Below are positions 49,759 to 59,058 of a DNA stretch of 64,000 nucleotides, one piece after another. The notes beneath the pieces are model-generated. The model did no database searches and had not been told where the DNA came from. It worked only from the letters and a program-made list of their open reading frames with translations. Every line of letters starts with the position of its first letter. The first letter of the stretch is position 1. Where the stretch lies: the sequence record NC_048673.1. The stretch is one strand, 5' to 3'. The translations under genes were made by a program, and so were the position numbers.

Positions 49759-50235
49759 ATGGAAAAACAAGAAGTAATTTCCAAATGGGGAGTAAAAGGT
49801 TCTCGCATTCTTGAAACCGATTTGGAGTACGACGTACTCCTTTCGTTAATCGCTGAATGCGTTGAATCAACTGCTCCCGAAAAAGCACAACACCTTAAAT
49901 CTGTATTTGGTGAAGATGACTCTTTGACAATTGCAGAAAATATGATTTCTGAAAATGCGATTGAAGCATTGGCGATCCTAAGTATTTTGGAAGAGTCTGA
50001 GGAACTTGATGAAGTTCTTGTGAAGCGTGTAAATGCTGCTGGTACTGTTACACGTATCCATGACCGTGAAACCCGTAAACGTAGAGCGACACAAACCACT
50101 GGATTAAGTAAGTCACAGCGTCGTCAAATTGCTAGACATGCGGTTAAAACCAAAAGAGCTAACCCGTCTATTCAGATTCGAGCTAATAAGAAATATAAAA
50201 AGGCTATGCGTAAGCGCCATTCGATGGGGCTCTAA
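49759..50235 (+). CDS. 68: prohead core protein gp68
   Basis: RRATQTTGLSKSQRRQIAR...RKR. Confidence 0.9.
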   Translation: MEKQEVISKWGVKGSRILETDLEYDVLLSLIAECVESTAPEKAQHLKSVFGEDDSLTIAENMISENAIEALAILSILEESEELDEVLVKRVNAAGTVTRIHDRETRKRRATQTTGLSKSQRRQIARHAVKTKRANPSIQIRANKKYKKAMRKRHSMGL

Positions 50236-50237
50236 TC

Positions 50238-50963
50238 ATGTATGAAAATATTCTAGTAGAAAACTGGGAAGGTAGAGACAACGGTGAACCTTCAAAAAAT
50301 ATGCTTTTAATTGAGCATTGGAGCACCGAATATAGGACTGATACTAATCTAACCGAGAAAAATGAATCTGGGGTTCCCAATAAAGAATGTTACCTTATTG
50401 AATCAGTGGATGACAAAGGTACTGGTAATCTTTATATCGAGGGTATTTTCCTCCAAGCGGAAGTTCCTAATGGTAATGGTCGCATTTATCCAAAACGGGT
50501 AATGGAAAAAGCCGTAGAAAGATACATTAAAGATCAGGTTGCGTCTAAACAATCTCTTGGTGAGCTAAATCACCCCGGTGATCGTTCTTATCCAGACCCA
50601 TCAAAATCAGCTTTGGTCATTGAAAAGCTCTGGTGGAAAGGTAACGACGTTTATGGTCGTGCTCGTATTGTAGAAGGAGACCATGCGGAAGGTGATAAGG
50701 TCGCTGCTCTTATTAGAGCTGGTTGGATTCCGGGTGTTAGTTCTCGTGGTCTTGGTTCTTTAAAGCGTAATTCACGCGGTTTAAATGAAGTTCAAGAAGG
50801 TTATCGTTTAACTGTTGGGGTAGATGTTGTTTGGGGACCAAGCGCACCTAATGCGTATACAAACGCATACCGAGTTAACGAATCAAAAACCGATCAAAAA
50901 CCTACCCTAAATAATACAGACGATGCAAAGATTCTCAAATTAATCGAAGCATTGAAAAGTTAA
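50238..50963 (+). CDS. 21: prohead protease gp21
   Basis: YIEGIFLQAE, NGRIYP, GELNHP, GVSSRGLG. Confidence 0.96.
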   Translation: MYENILVENWEGRDNGEPSKNMLLIEHWSTEYRTDTNLTEKNESGVPNKECYLIESVDDKGTGNLYIEGIFLQAEVPNGNGRIYPKRVMEKAVERYIKDQVASKQSLGELNHPGDRSYPDPSKSALVIEKLWWKGNDVYGRARIVEGDHAEGDKVAALIRAGWIPGVSSRGLGSLKRNSRGLNEVQEGYRLTVGVDVVWGPSAPNAYTNAYRVNESKTDQKPTLNNTDDAKILKLIEALKS

Positions 50964-50984
50964 CTTTCAAATAAGGAAAAACCA

Positions 50985-51818
50985 ATGTCTATTAAAGACC
51001 AACTGCTCAGTGAATCTAAAAATATCACTGTACAAGTAGATGCCATTTCTGGTGCTCTACAAGGGCTCAATTTGAGCGAGGGTGTCGTTGACGCACTGAC
51101 CCAAGTATTTCAAACCAAACTGCGTGAAGAAGCCGTACAGCTCGCAGAATCGCACATCGAAGCCCTAGCCGCTAAATCCGATGAACTGGTTCAAGAAGCT
51201 GCCGAAGCAAAGAATGCAGAACTGATTAAAACCATGGATAGTTATTTCGAACATCTAGCAGAAAGCTTTATGGAAGATAACAAAGTAGCTATTGAAACTG
51301 GTATCCAAGCCCAACTTGCTGAAAGTCTGCTTGCTGGTATGAAAGAACTATTTGTGTCTCATCATGTTGTTGTTCCAGAGGATGCAGTCGACATCGTTGC
51401 TGAACAAGCTGCTGAACTGGAAGAAGCCCAAAGCATGATTAACGATCTGGTTAGTAAAAACTCTGCTCTGACCGAAAGTATTCAAGCTAAAGAACGTGAA
51501 GCTGTTATCGCCGAGTCTATTAAAGATCTGACTATGGTTCAACAAGAACAAGTTAAAACTCTTTGTGAAGGAATTTCGTTTGGTTCTGCTGAACAATTCG
51601 GTACTCGTGTAAGTGCTCTGGTTGAAATGGTTTCTCAGAAGAAAGATGTAGACCCAGCCCAAAAACCTCTAAACGAAAATCTTAACTTCAATGATGACGA
51701 AGGTCAGAAAGACGACAAAGATGAAAAGGGTGAGAAAGGCGAAAAAGGTAAGAAAGATAAAAAGCCAGAACCCAAATCAAAAATCGATGAGTCTGTGCAA
51801 GAGTTCATGCACTGGTAA
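50985..51818 (+). CDS. 22: prohead scaffold gp22
   Basis: KDQLLSES, acidic coiled coil; synteny. Confidence 0.93.
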   Translation: MSIKDQLLSESKNITVQVDAISGALQGLNLSEGVVDALTQVFQTKLREEAVQLAESHIEALAAKSDELVQEAAEAKNAELIKTMDSYFEHLAESFMEDNKVAIETGIQAQLAESLLAGMKELFVSHHVVVPEDAVDIVAEQAAELEEAQSMINDLVSKNSALTESIQAKEREAVIAESIKDLTMVQQEQVKTLCEGISFGSAEQFGTRVSALVEMVSQKKDVDPAQKPLNENLNFNDDEGQKDDKDEKGEKGEKGKKDKKPEPKSKIDESVQEFMHW

Positions 51819-51943
51819 TTTTCTGTTTAACGGGGAGTTATAAAAATAACTAGAAATAACTCCCCTAAATATATTTGTAAGGGAAAGAAGAAATGGTTCT
51901 TCTCCCAGAAAATTAAATTTCAAATCCAAAAAGGAAAACAAAA

Positions 51944-53626
51944 ATGTCTAAGACCGCTATTATCGCTAAGTGGAAACCGCTGCTTGAAAAAGAAGGTATG
52001 CCGGAAATTGCTACCATGAAGCGCAAGGATATCGTCGCTCGTCTGATGGAAAACCAATATGAAGACATCAAGAGTAACGACGGTGCTGCATATACCGACC
52101 AAACCGTAATCGACTCCATGGTTGACGTTCAAGGTCGTAAAGCTCAACTGGCAGAAGCCAAAAAGATGCTGAACGAAGCTCAAGCCGCTGCTCTGGCAGA
52201 AGGTCGCGAACTGACCGGTGAAGAGATGGAAACCATGCTAACCGAAGCTAACATCGTCGGTGACCACGGTTATGATGCTGTTAAGATCGCCTCTGGTGAA
52301 GCTTCCGGTAACATCACCAACGTCGGTCCGGCTGTTATGGGTCTGGCTCGTCGTGCTATCAGCAACCTGATTGCCTTTGATATCTGTGGTGTTCAGCCGA
52401 TGACCTCTTCCGCTGGTCAGGTATTCACCCTTCGTGCCATCTATGGTACTGATGCGCTGGATGCTCAAGCTCGCGAAGCTTTCCACCCGCAATATGCACC
52501 TGATTCCAGCTTCTCTGGTCGTGGTGCCACTGCCCCGCTGATTCCTGCTTTTGATAAAGACGGAACCTATGCAATCGGTGATCTGGCTCGCTTCCAACTG
52601 GATGAAGAAGTAGACGCTTATTCCAACTCCGGTACTAAGGTTGTTCAGTTCGTTACCGCTTATACTGCTGGTACTGCTGCTGACGTTAAAACCGCTGGTT
52701 ACCTGAAACTGATCCACGACAAGATCGCGGTTGAAATCGGTGAAGGTATGGCTACCTCCATGGCGGAACTGCAAGAGAACTTTAATGGTTCCAGCAATAA
52801 CCCGTGGCCCGAAATGAGTTTCCGTATTGATAAGCAAGTAGTTGAAGCTAAGGCTCGTCAACTGAAAGCTCAGTACTCCATCGAACTGGCTCAGGACCTG
52901 CGTAACGTTCACGGTCTGGATGCAGACAGCGAACTGTCCAGCATTCTGGCTAACGAAATCATGCTGGAAATCAACCGTGAAATGATCCTGTGGATCAACG
53001 CTACCGCTCAAATTGGTAAGACCGGTTGGACTAACCAACATGGTGGTCAAGCTGGTGTCTTCAACTTTGCCGACCCGAACGACATTCGTGGTGCTCGTTG
53101 GCAAGGTGAGAGCGCCAAGGCTCTGGTTACCCAAATCGATAAGGAAGCTGCTGAAATCGGTCGTCAAACCGGTCGTGGTAACGGTAACTTCGTAATCTGT
53201 TCCCGTAACGTTGCCGTAATGCTCGGTTCCACCGACCAACTGGTTTCTCCGGCTGCTGCTGGTACTACCAAGCTGAACACTGATACCTCCGTATCTCAGT
53301 TCGCTGGTGTTCTGGCTGGTAAGTATCGTGTCTTCATCGACCAGTACGCTGTTGAAGATTACTTCACTGTAGGCTTCAAGGGTAGCTCCGAACTGGATGC
53401 AGGTCTGTACTACTGCCCATACGTCCCGTTGAGCCCGCTGCGTGGTGTGGATCCTAAGTCCTTCGCTACCATTCTTGGCTTCAAGACCCGTTACGGTGTT
53501 AAACTGCACCCGTTCGCTGACGGTTCCAAGAACAAAGGCTTCTCCAAGATCACTTCCGGAATGCCGGGTGCTGCAATCTTCGGTAAGAACTCCTTCTACC
53601 GTCGTGTACGTGTTCTGGGTGCCTAA
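51944..53626 (+). CDS. 23: major capsid protein gp23
   Basis: IAFDICGVQPM, KARQLKAQYSIELAQDLRNVHG, YCPYVPL; late promoter at 51865. Confidence 0.98.
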   Translation: MSKTAIIAKWKPLLEKEGMPEIATMKRKDIVARLMENQYEDIKSNDGAAYTDQTVIDSMVDVQGRKAQLAEAKKMLNEAQAAALAEGRELTGEEMETMLTEANIVGDHGYDAVKIASGEASGNITNVGPAVMGLARRAISNLIAFDICGVQPMTSSAGQVFTLRAIYGTDALDAQAREAFHPQYAPDSSFSGRGATAPLIPAFDKDGTYAIGDLARFQLDEEVDAYSNSGTKVVQFVTAYTAGTAADVKTAGYLKLIHDKIAVEIGEGMATSMAELQENFNGSSNNPWPEMSFRIDKQVVEAKARQLKAQYSIELAQDLRNVHGLDADSELSSILANEIMLEINREMILWINATAQIGKTGWTNQHGGQAGVFNFADPNDIRGARWQGESAKALVTQIDKEAAEIGRQTGRGNGNFVICSRNVAVMLGSTDQLVSPAAAGTTKLNTDTSVSQFAGVLAGKYRVFIDQYAVEDYFTVGFKGSSELDAGLYYCPYVPLSPLRGVDPKSFATILGFKTRYGVKLHPFADGSKNKGFSKITSGMPGAAIFGKNSFYRRVRVLGA

Positions 53627-53641
53627 TAGCAAATCCAAAAA

Positions 53642-53672
53642 TAAGGGAACCTTCGGGTTCCCTTTTCGTTTT
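53642..53672 (+). terminator. terminator after gene 23 (UUCG tetraloop)
   Basis: AAGGGAACC-TTCG-GGTTCCCTTTT. Confidence 0.9.
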
Positions 53673-53759
53673 TCTTACTGGTCTAAATAATACTAGATAG
53701 AGTTCATACAGTCAACCAATGAATGAGCCCTAAATAAAAGAAAAAGAGGAATCTTAAAA

Positions 53760-54989
53760 ATGGCTAAAGTAGTCTCCAAAAAAATACAAGACCTAATTAA
53801 AGAGTCTGGTATGTCCGGGCGGTTGGTTGAATCTAGTAGTGGTGATATCGTAACGGGTCGCCCTTCTTTAGTTTCACTAACTCGCAAAACATTTAATAAA
53901 ATTTATGATGAGCTTGCTGGTGTTCAACCAACTACAGACCCAGTAGCAAACGTATTTGGTGTACGTTACGAGTATATTAGCGAAGACAATCAAAGTCATC
54001 GGGATATTAACCTTGACAACCGTAATTATGGTGGTGAATTTGATATGGCCGCCGTTGCTGCATTACCAGCCGGTAGTGCTAGTATGGTATCAAAAACATA
54101 TTTTGCCAGTGAAGGTTATGTGTTCCAAGTTATCAATGATGGTGATTACTCCGGTGATTTGAATTCTCTTTTTGAGAATGTCTTTACTGGTAACCTTCGT
54201 CTTGTTGTTGACGCAATTGTACCGAACACACAAGAAGATAAAGAAATCCAAAAAACCAGATATGTAATGAACAAATGGAAATCCGTTGTTCGTAGTCGCA
54301 AACTAAAATCTAACATCACCCTAGAACTTCTTCAAGATATGGGTGGTATGAATATGGATGGTGATGCCGCAGTAGAAGATCTATTGTCTGTTGCCATCGC
54401 AGAAGAAATTAACAGCGATATTATCATGAAACTGGTAACCGTCGCATCTAAAGAAGTTAAAGCAACCCCGTACAATGTAGCAACCACTGAATATTTTGCT
54501 GGTCGTGATCTTGTTGCTCGGGCGTGTCGTATGGCGGCTCAAATTACTTTAGATACCACGTTTAAACCAACTTATATTCTTGCTTCTGCTCATGTAGCTG
54601 CACTTATTCAAACGTCTGGACTAGTTGACGACCAACACCGAATTATCGGTACTAAAATGAAATTGGTTGTTGATTCAAAGACTCCTGTTCATTATATGTT
54701 GGTTGGTGTTAAGGCTAAATTTGATGAAGGTGTTGATACAGTAAGTGCTGTTTATTACAGTCCTTATATCGAAGAAGATGAAGCGGGGACTTTTATGGTT
54801 GCTGCCGATCCGGACGCACTACAACCTGTAGTTGGTATTATCTCAAGATACGCTCTATCTACTAGCCCAGATTTCAGAAAAATTGAATCCAACCCGGCTA
54901 AGGTATATGATGGGGAAGATTGGGTAGGTGCCGCCAACAAGTCTCAATTGGCTCGTATGTGCATGGTCGAAATGAAAGATTACGCATAA
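53760..54989 (+). CDS. 24: capsid vertex protein gp24
   Basis: GRPSLVSLTR, RSRKLKS, YSPY; synteny. Confidence 0.92.
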   Translation: MAKVVSKKIQDLIKESGMSGRLVESSSGDIVTGRPSLVSLTRKTFNKIYDELAGVQPTTDPVANVFGVRYEYISEDNQSHRDINLDNRNYGGEFDMAAVAALPAGSASMVSKTYFASEGYVFQVINDGDYSGDLNSLFENVFTGNLRLVVDAIVPNTQEDKEIQKTRYVMNKWKSVVRSRKLKSNITLELLQDMGGMNMDGDAAVEDLLSVAIAEEINSDIIMKLVTVASKEVKATPYNVATTEYFAGRDLVARACRMAAQITLDTTFKPTYILASAHVAALIQTSGLVDDQHRIIGTKMKLVVDSKTPVHYMLVGVKAKFDEGVDTVSAVYYSPYIEEDEAGTFMVAADPDALQPVVGIISRYALSTSPDFRKIESNPAKVYDGEDWVGAANKSQLARMCMVEMKDYA

Positions 54990-55033
54990 TTAATTTTCCA
55001 GATAAAAAGACGTAGAAGCTTTATTCTGGATAA

Positions 55034-55069
55034 AAGAAAGCCCCAACCTTTTTAGGTCGGGGCTTTTTT
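55034..55069. terminator. bidirectional terminator
   Basis: AAAGCCCC...GGGGCTTTTTT between convergent genes. Confidence 0.8.
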
Positions 55070-55418
55070 ATTTTGATTGCTCAAGAACAGTTTCGATGAA
55101 AATATAATATTTCATCTTTTCTATTTCATGTAGTTCATCGTAAGATGTCAAACATGGATGGGTTTTCTCGTCTCTAGATTTATCTTCACCAAATATCCAA
55201 CCTTCTCCCTCTTTATAATTTCTCCAAAGCTCATGAACAGTTCGAGCGTCAGAATCAGGGTGATCGATTATATATGTTACATGTTTAGTCCAAACCCGTT
55301 TAACTTTTTCTGGTTCTTCTTTCCACAATGTATCGGTGTCGCCTAGTATTAAATTAAACCGTCGAATCGCATCATGCGCAGTTCTGGCGATCTTACGTGG
55401 TGAGCTTTTCATTTTCAA
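55068..55418 (-). CDS. RyR-domain protein
   Basis: HELWRNYKEGEGWIFGEDKSRDEKTHPCLTSYDELHEIEK matches the RyR repeat motif (H..W...K...GW.YG......KTHP.L.PY..L...EK). Confidence 0.78.
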   Translation of the reverse strand: MKMKSSPRKIARTAHDAIRRFNLILGDTDTLWKEEPEKVKRVWTKHVTYIIDHPDSDARTVHELWRNYKEGEGWIFGEDKSRDEKTHPCLTSYDELHEIEKMKYYIFIETVLEQSK

Positions 55419-55450
55419 CCTCGTTTATTGTTATTATTCCACAACAATAT

Positions 55451-56011
55451 TTAGAGATTGAAAATGTCAACCTTTTCTAATACTGGTATATCATCAATAC
55501 CTAACCACTTACAAAGTTTTGATCTTTGAACCGGGTTCATAATGTTTAGGGTAGGTATATTTAGGCTTCTTGCTATTTTAACCGCAGTAGCAGTTCCACC
55601 AGATACAGTACCATGTATCGATTCTTCCGCACAAAATACAACTAAGTCAGAATAAGACTTGAGATTTAATCCCATAACTTGAGGAACGTTCCTAGCATGT
55701 AATTCTTGGTGACCAATTGGCATAAATTCCCATCCAATACCAGACCCATGAACACGAGAAGCAAGCAATTCAAATTCATAATAGTTTTCATGATTTTTGA
55801 CATTAACACAACCGGGTCTATCATCAGGACGATATACAATGGTTAATGCTGGGTCATATTCGGTTAGGAAAAGCGTATCAGAACCAATGGCACCACCAGA
55901 TCTAGCACCATAACCACGATCAGAAAAAGCTTTTCCAATTCTTATCATCAACTGTTTATACTCTTCGTTAGGATATCTGGTTCCTATAAGAGTTACAATT
56001 TTCCTTTTCAT
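55451..56011 (-). CDS. SLOG-superfamily (DprA/SMF-like) nucleotide-binding protein
   Basis: IGTR, RSGGAIGSD, ARN, GGTATAVKIARSLNIP. Confidence 0.72.
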   Translation of the reverse strand: MKRKIVTLIGTRYPNEEYKQLMIRIGKAFSDRGYGARSGGAIGSDTLFLTEYDPALTIVYRPDDRPGCVNVKNHENYYEFELLASRVHGSGIGWEFMPIGHQELHARNVPQVMGLNLKSYSDLVVFCAEESIHGTVSGGTATAVKIARSLNIPTLNIMNPVQRSKLCKWLGIDDIPVLEKVDIFNL

Positions 56012-56029
56012 GATGATATTTTAACACAC

Positions 56030-56212
56030 CTAAATAGCATTATAAATAAATAGATCTCGAACGTAGTGAGACGGCGTAGCCGCCTGTTCGCTNACTCTTT
56101 CTAATTATAGATNAGTGAAACTAATTATTTTTGTATATAAAAGATACAAAAAAGGTGATCTCTCGATCACCTAAGTATAAAAGTTAAAAACATTCGTAAT
56201 GTCTGATACAAT
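56030..56212 (+). repeat. promoter/stem-loop cassette, copy 2
   Basis: Matches 13177-13271 in reverse; hairpin at 56153-56172; TTAAAA-17-TACAAT at 56184-56212. Confidence 0.62.
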
Positions 56213-56218
56213 ACGAAA

Positions 56219-56440
56219 TCAAAAAACGTAAAATTTATCTCCATCTAGCTTAACGAATAAATCTTCTTGTACATCATGTACAACCACAATATTCCCCTTC
56301 CCCAAATATTCCTTTATCTTCACGATCATTAAATGGTCATCTTCTTCAAGTCTTTTCCATCTCTCAATCAAATTATAAGATCCGAAATATCCAGTAAGAA
56401 CAAAAATATTTTCATTAACTTCGATGAAATTGTATTCCAT
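56219..56440 (-). CDS. hypothetical protein
   Basis: 73-aa ORF; late promoter at 56479-56485 (minus strand). Confidence 0.6.
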   Translation of the reverse strand: MEYNFIEVNENIFVLTGYFGSYNLIERWKRLEEDDHLMIVKIKEYLGKGNIVVVHDVQEDLFVKLDGDKFYVF

Positions 56441-56521
56441 TAAACACCCTTCTTATATTGACCAAAATGGTCAATTGGTATTTAGGGATACAAAAAAGCC
56501 ACCCAGTAGGATGGCTAGATA

Positions 56522-57319
56522 TTAGTAAATGGTATGGAAACGAGAATTACGACTCTCGCGCAATGTCACACTACCATTAATCTGGATGTAATAAAGAACT
56601 GTTTTCAGAAGTGCTTTATCCGGTTCGCGTTCATGAGTATCAATAATACTCTTCCAAGACGGTCCTTTCTCAAGGATCCAATCAAGAATCCAATACGGGC
56701 AATTGAGGTATTGGTTACCAACAGCCCCAATCAGATTTACTTTCGGCTTGAAACCATAAGTCAAATCCGGTTCTTGGGTATCTTTAGTAGTTTCCAAATT
56801 CATTTTTTCTTTAACGAACTTCTTTTCATCTTCAATTAATTCGTCAAGAGTTTTAAACCCAGAAGAATCAATATATTCTGGTTGTTTCGGTGGAGTGAAT
56901 TCAATTTTAACATCGTTGGGAGTATTGATATTAACCACCCCATCATCAATTTTGATTGATTCAACCACACCAAGTTCAATAACCTCATCTACATTGTCGA
57001 ATTCGTCATCGACTACAACTGGTTCGACAAAAGGGGTTTTTTCTTTCGGTTCCGGTGCAAGGTCCAGTTTTTCATTCTCTTTGGCGTCCGCCATTTCAAG
57101 GAGTTTAACGATCATATCGTCAACCGAAGTATTAGACTTGCTAATTTTAAAACCACATTCCTTAGCATATGCTTGAATTTTCGCTTTCGCTTCTGGTGCG
57201 GTATTAGCATCAACAATTTCGTTGATTACCCCAAGGTCAAGTTCTTTTTGTTTTTTCACAGTAGACTTTTTTGGTTTAGTTTCTTTTTCTACTGGTTCTT
57301 CTACATAATTCAATGCCAT
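56522..57319 (-). CDS. inh: inhibitor of prohead protease
   Basis: AKAKIQAYAKECGFKISK, PYWILDWI, GSVTLRESRNSRF; late promoter at 57346. Confidence 0.92.
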   Translation of the reverse strand: MALNYVEEPVEKETKPKKSTVKKQKELDLGVINEIVDANTAPEAKAKIQAYAKECGFKISKSNTSVDDMIVKLLEMADAKENEKLDLAPEPKEKTPFVEPVVVDDEFDNVDEVIELGVVESIKIDDGVVNINTPNDVKIEFTPPKQPEYIDSSGFKTLDELIEDEKKFVKEKMNLETTKDTQEPDLTYGFKPKVNLIGAVGNQYLNCPYWILDWILEKGPSWKSIIDTHEREPDKALLKTVLYYIQINGSVTLRESRNSRFHTIY

Positions 57320-57331
57320 TTCGCATTCCTC

Positions 57332-57598
57332 TTAGTTTGTTAATGTATTTAGGGATTTGAGATATTTTACTGCCATCCCAATCTCGTTATACCCAAAGAT
57401 CATGCCATATTTGGTCTTTTTATAGCCATGATCTTTTCGGATCTGAGTTCCTTTGAACTTAGAATGACCTCCGTGGTCTGAAACCCTCACCATATGCCCC
57501 TGTACGTCGATATAAGAGCTTGTGGATGAAGATACCAACCTACACTCGATCCCGCTATTGAATAGCTCTATCATCAATTCACGAGCTTTTGGGTTCAT
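57332..57598 (-). CDS. hypothetical protein
   Basis: 88-aa ORF (VRVSDH motif). Confidence 0.65.
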   Translation of the reverse strand: MNPKARELMIELFNSGIECRLVSSSTSSYIDVQGHMVRVSDHGGHSKFKGTQIRKDHGYKKTKYGMIFGYNEIGMAVKYLKSLNTLTN

Positions 57599-58317
57599 TA
57601 ATATAATTCTCCGGAATCACACATGATTTTAACAAGACCCAAATCACCCTTCACGGAATCCACCATATATTTGATCATCATGTTTGCAGCAACAATTTTA
57701 AAGCTATGCTCATTATTAACATAGATATCAAATTGACCATATTTCTTGGCGTCGTTGATGAAGTATTTTGTACCGTGTACTTCTCCTACCATCATCCCAC
57801 AACCTTTTAACCAGCTAGGGTAACCCTTCCCAACTTCTTTTGCAGAAAAGAATCCGTCCTTACCAGTCATTCCACCAGTACGTTGTACTTCATCGACATA
57901 ATATTTAATGTCTTTCACTACGTTTTTATTTTCAACAACAGACACTTTCTTGATTTTTGGTTTTTCCGCACGGGTGAATACACTTTCATCATCTTGTTCG
58001 ATGATTGGTTTAAGCATGGCCTCAAGTTCTTGGATCCGTGTTTCATGGAGTTGGTCAAGTTCTTCGATTGAAGATGCTTTATTACGACGTTTGACCCAAT
58101 CTCGCTGACCTTCTATGATCGCTGGGTTAATTTTTCGAACTTCTTTATAAACAGAATTCAGTTTCTCATCTGATTCACTCAGCCGTTCGTCTGCACAAAT
58201 AGTTCGCTCTATTTTACTCGATGCTTTCTCACAGTCAAAAGATGCCGCATTAACCTGTACCACACTAATAGCACACATAGCACCTAAGATAGCAAAACTA
58301 ACAAACCGCTTTTTCAT
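57598..58317 (-). CDS. exported LprI-like (lysozyme inhibitor family) protein
   Basis: Signal peptide followed by ASFDCEKASSKIERTICADERLSESDEKLNSVY...QRDWVKRRN. Confidence 0.72.
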   Translation of the reverse strand: MKKRFVSFAILGAMCAISVVQVNAASFDCEKASSKIERTICADERLSESDEKLNSVYKEVRKINPAIIEGQRDWVKRRNKASSIEELDQLHETRIQELEAMLKPIIEQDDESVFTRAEKPKIKKVSVVENKNVVKDIKYYVDEVQRTGGMTGKDGFFSAKEVGKGYPSWLKGCGMMVGEVHGTKYFINDAKKYGQFDIYVNNEHSFKIVAANMMIKYMVDSVKGDLGLVKIMCDSGELY

Positions 58318-58338
58318 TTTTCATTCCTCAATTTAAAG

Positions 58339-58974
58339 TTATTTTGTTTCTTTTTTTGCTGCTTCTTCCATAGCAGCAATGATGACATTCAGGGGAGTCA
58401 GGTGTCCACAAACGTAGTAGAAGGCGCGAACAAACACAGTACCTTTGTGTCCACGAACAAGGTGAACGTTAGCGGTTACCATCATCCGACCAAACATCTC
58501 ATCCAAACGAAGACACCGGTTGAACTGTTCACCCCGAAGTTCCATGATCTCCATGATGTTTTTCTTGATAACGGCTTCCTTCTCGCTAACTTTCGGTTCT
58601 GGTTGGTTGATGGGAGCGTTTTTAACTGTTGCAATCATAGCAACAACCTGTTCACCCATAGAAACCAATTCTTCACACAGAGCTTTATCCATCCAAGGCA
58701 TTGCTTTTTCTGCTTTTACCAGATATTTGGCGAAAGTCGCGGTGTTTGGTTGTGCATAATAAAGGTCTACCGCTGCTTCGTGTTCCGGAAGATTCATATT
58801 ACGCTGTTCGATGTTGATGGAGTCCAGATAGAAAGAAGAGAATTCGGCCCGCACCAGTTCCATCATTTTTGCGCATTCGTTCAGGGCGCGTTTCTGACCG
58901 GCCTTAGAAACAAAACCGGCTTCAACCATACCAACTACGTTTTCCATAATTTCATTGAATTTTTCGTTGTTCAT
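58339..58974 (-). CDS. hypothetical protein
   Basis: 211-aa ORF with AAGGA SD and an upstream TTGCCA promoter-like site overlapping a hairpin (about 59015-59048). Confidence 0.75.
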   Translation of the reverse strand: MNNEKFNEIMENVVGMVEAGFVSKAGQKRALNECAKMMELVRAEFSSFYLDSINIEQRNMNLPEHEAAVDLYYAQPNTATFAKYLVKAEKAMPWMDKALCEELVSMGEQVVAMIATVKNAPINQPEPKVSEKEAVIKKNIMEIMELRGEQFNRCLRLDEMFGRMMVTANVHLVRGHKGTVFVRAFYYVCGHLTPLNVIIAAMEEAAKKETK

Positions 58975-59058
58975 GGTTCGTTCCTTTTTGTCTCTTGTTT
59001 CGATATGGATAAGATATCAAAAAGGCTCACCCATTGGCAAGCCTTTTTTCATTTATTT

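Noticed and set aside
52238-53638. 466-aa antisense ORF opposite gp23 (similar shadow ORFs lie opposite gp18 and wac)
   Set aside because: Typical shadow of strong codon bias in a highly expressed gene; no SD or recognisable motif.
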